Source: Octopus sinensis
Lineage: Eukaryota
Direction: 5' to 3'
Assembly (NCBI RefSeq): GCF_006345805.1
Contig: NC_042998.1
Span: 28,210,001-28,274,000, forward strand
Length of the DNA: 64,000 bases
Below, in pieces: positions 62,941 through 64,000 of the stretch. The translations under genes and the position numbers were made by a program. The notes under the pieces are model-generated. The model had not been told where the DNA came from. It saw only the letters and a program-made list of their open reading frames with translations, and ran no database searches. The stretch's first letter is position 1. Every line of letters starts with the position of its first letter.

Positions 62941-63320
62941 GTTTTTGTCCTGCTTTTCTTCCGTCAACCTGTACATAACTGCACCTTCCATTTTTTGTTG
63001 TTTTTGTACTGCTTAAAGTCACGTTTCTTTCCAGCCAAGCTTACTGTTTAAACCATCTTTATGTTCTCCCAGTCAACAGCCTTATCATTACTGGTATTTT
63101 AAACTCTTCGGTTGCATATTTGCGTGAATAAAGTCGTCTTTCTTTGGAATAGAAAAGAGTCTATCTTTATTTCTTCTTTTGCTGGTGTCTCAAATATAGG
63201 TTAAATCAGTGTTTCTCAAAGGGGTGGCCTATGGGACGGTCGGACAAGTTGTTTTGAGAAAATTTGGTTTAAATGTTTGACAACTCAGCATCGTCCATTG
63301 GACAGGGGGCGTTTAGCTCG

Positions 63321-63351
<31 letters not shown>

Positions 63352-63360
63352 TATATATAT

Positions 63361-63622
63361 ATTATATTAAATTAGAGATAAAACTACTATTAGGCAAATC
63401 ATACAATGAAAAACTTAAGCCAATACATAAGATTAATTAATTTATATTATTTTGAATATATATCAAAATTATTAAAAAAAGATAATTAGTTTTTCATTGT
63501 ATGATTTGCCTAATAGTGGTTTTATCTCTAATTTAATATAATATAATATTTTACTATAAAATTAGATTCAATCCTAAATCTGATTTTTCCCTGTAAGTTT
63601 AGATTTATTCCCTAATGTTTTG

Positions 63623-63624
<2 letters not shown>
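63361..63624. mobile_element. Family D fold-back with one-sided tail
   Basis: Arms 63361-63415 and 63488-63542; tail related to 3135-3210 (agggaata..cagggaaaa.tca). Confidence 0.8.
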
Positions 63625-63655
<31 letters not shown>

Positions 63656-63778
63656 GGAACGTGGCGCATATTTCATATTAAATAACATTAACGGCTTAAA
63701 CGTTATTAACACATTAGAAGTTATAGTATTAGACTTAAAATCATCGGACTTAAGGTGGAATAAAATATTTGAAATCAT

Positions 63779-64000
63779 TGTTATTATTATTGTTGTTGTT
63801 ATTCTGAAAGACTCTCGGATAGTTCTTAATTACCGGTTATACTTTACTTGAAAGCAGCCAATAACAAATCACCAAAGGTTTCAAAGTGGCAATGGTCTTC
63901 TTAGAATGCGAGCTGTACCCAACAATGCTGTCTTCCAGATCACCTCAAGCCTGACAGCAGATCCAATATTCTTAATATGCTTTTCAAATCCCGTGGAAAC
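63779..64000 (-). mobile_element. 3' end of an R4/Dong-type restriction-like-endonuclease LINE; continues beyond the window
   Basis: KTALLGTARILRR C-terminal motif, stop at 63881-63883, short UTR, then (AAT/AAC)n. Confidence 0.8.

Noticed and set aside
63207-63267. cagtgtttctcaaa as a hAT terminal repeat
   Set aside because: No matching opposite end or 8 bp TSD was found.

Overview
AT-rich eukaryotic non-genic DNA; the SINE and microsatellite make-up looks like an octopus/cephalopod genome (inference). I found no convincing host protein-coding gene, and most listed ORFs are translated microsatellites. Recognisable mobile elements are: three mariner copies (one full length), a Tc1 fragment, an inverted pair of Penelope-like (PLE) GIY-YIG fragments, 3' ends of Tx1/L1, CR1-like and R4/Dong-like LINEs, non-autonomous Helitrons, MITEs, short solo LTRs and four tRNA-derived SINE families. 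The main observation is a set of at least five families of non-coding fold-back or tandem elements abutting (TA)n tracts. They share the architecture of the adjacent PLE: divergent arms, with only one arm carrying an extra 76-120 nt terminal tail. Four of the five families, and the PLE itself, carry type-I hammerhead ribozyme (HHR) folds with self-complementary helix III. In total there are 14 full motifs plus 5 minimal HHR-like motifs, with compensatory changes in helices I and III between copies. This points to a PLE-mobilised, (TA)n-targeted, ribozyme-bearing retroelement system. All folds and alignments were read by eye and none were computed.
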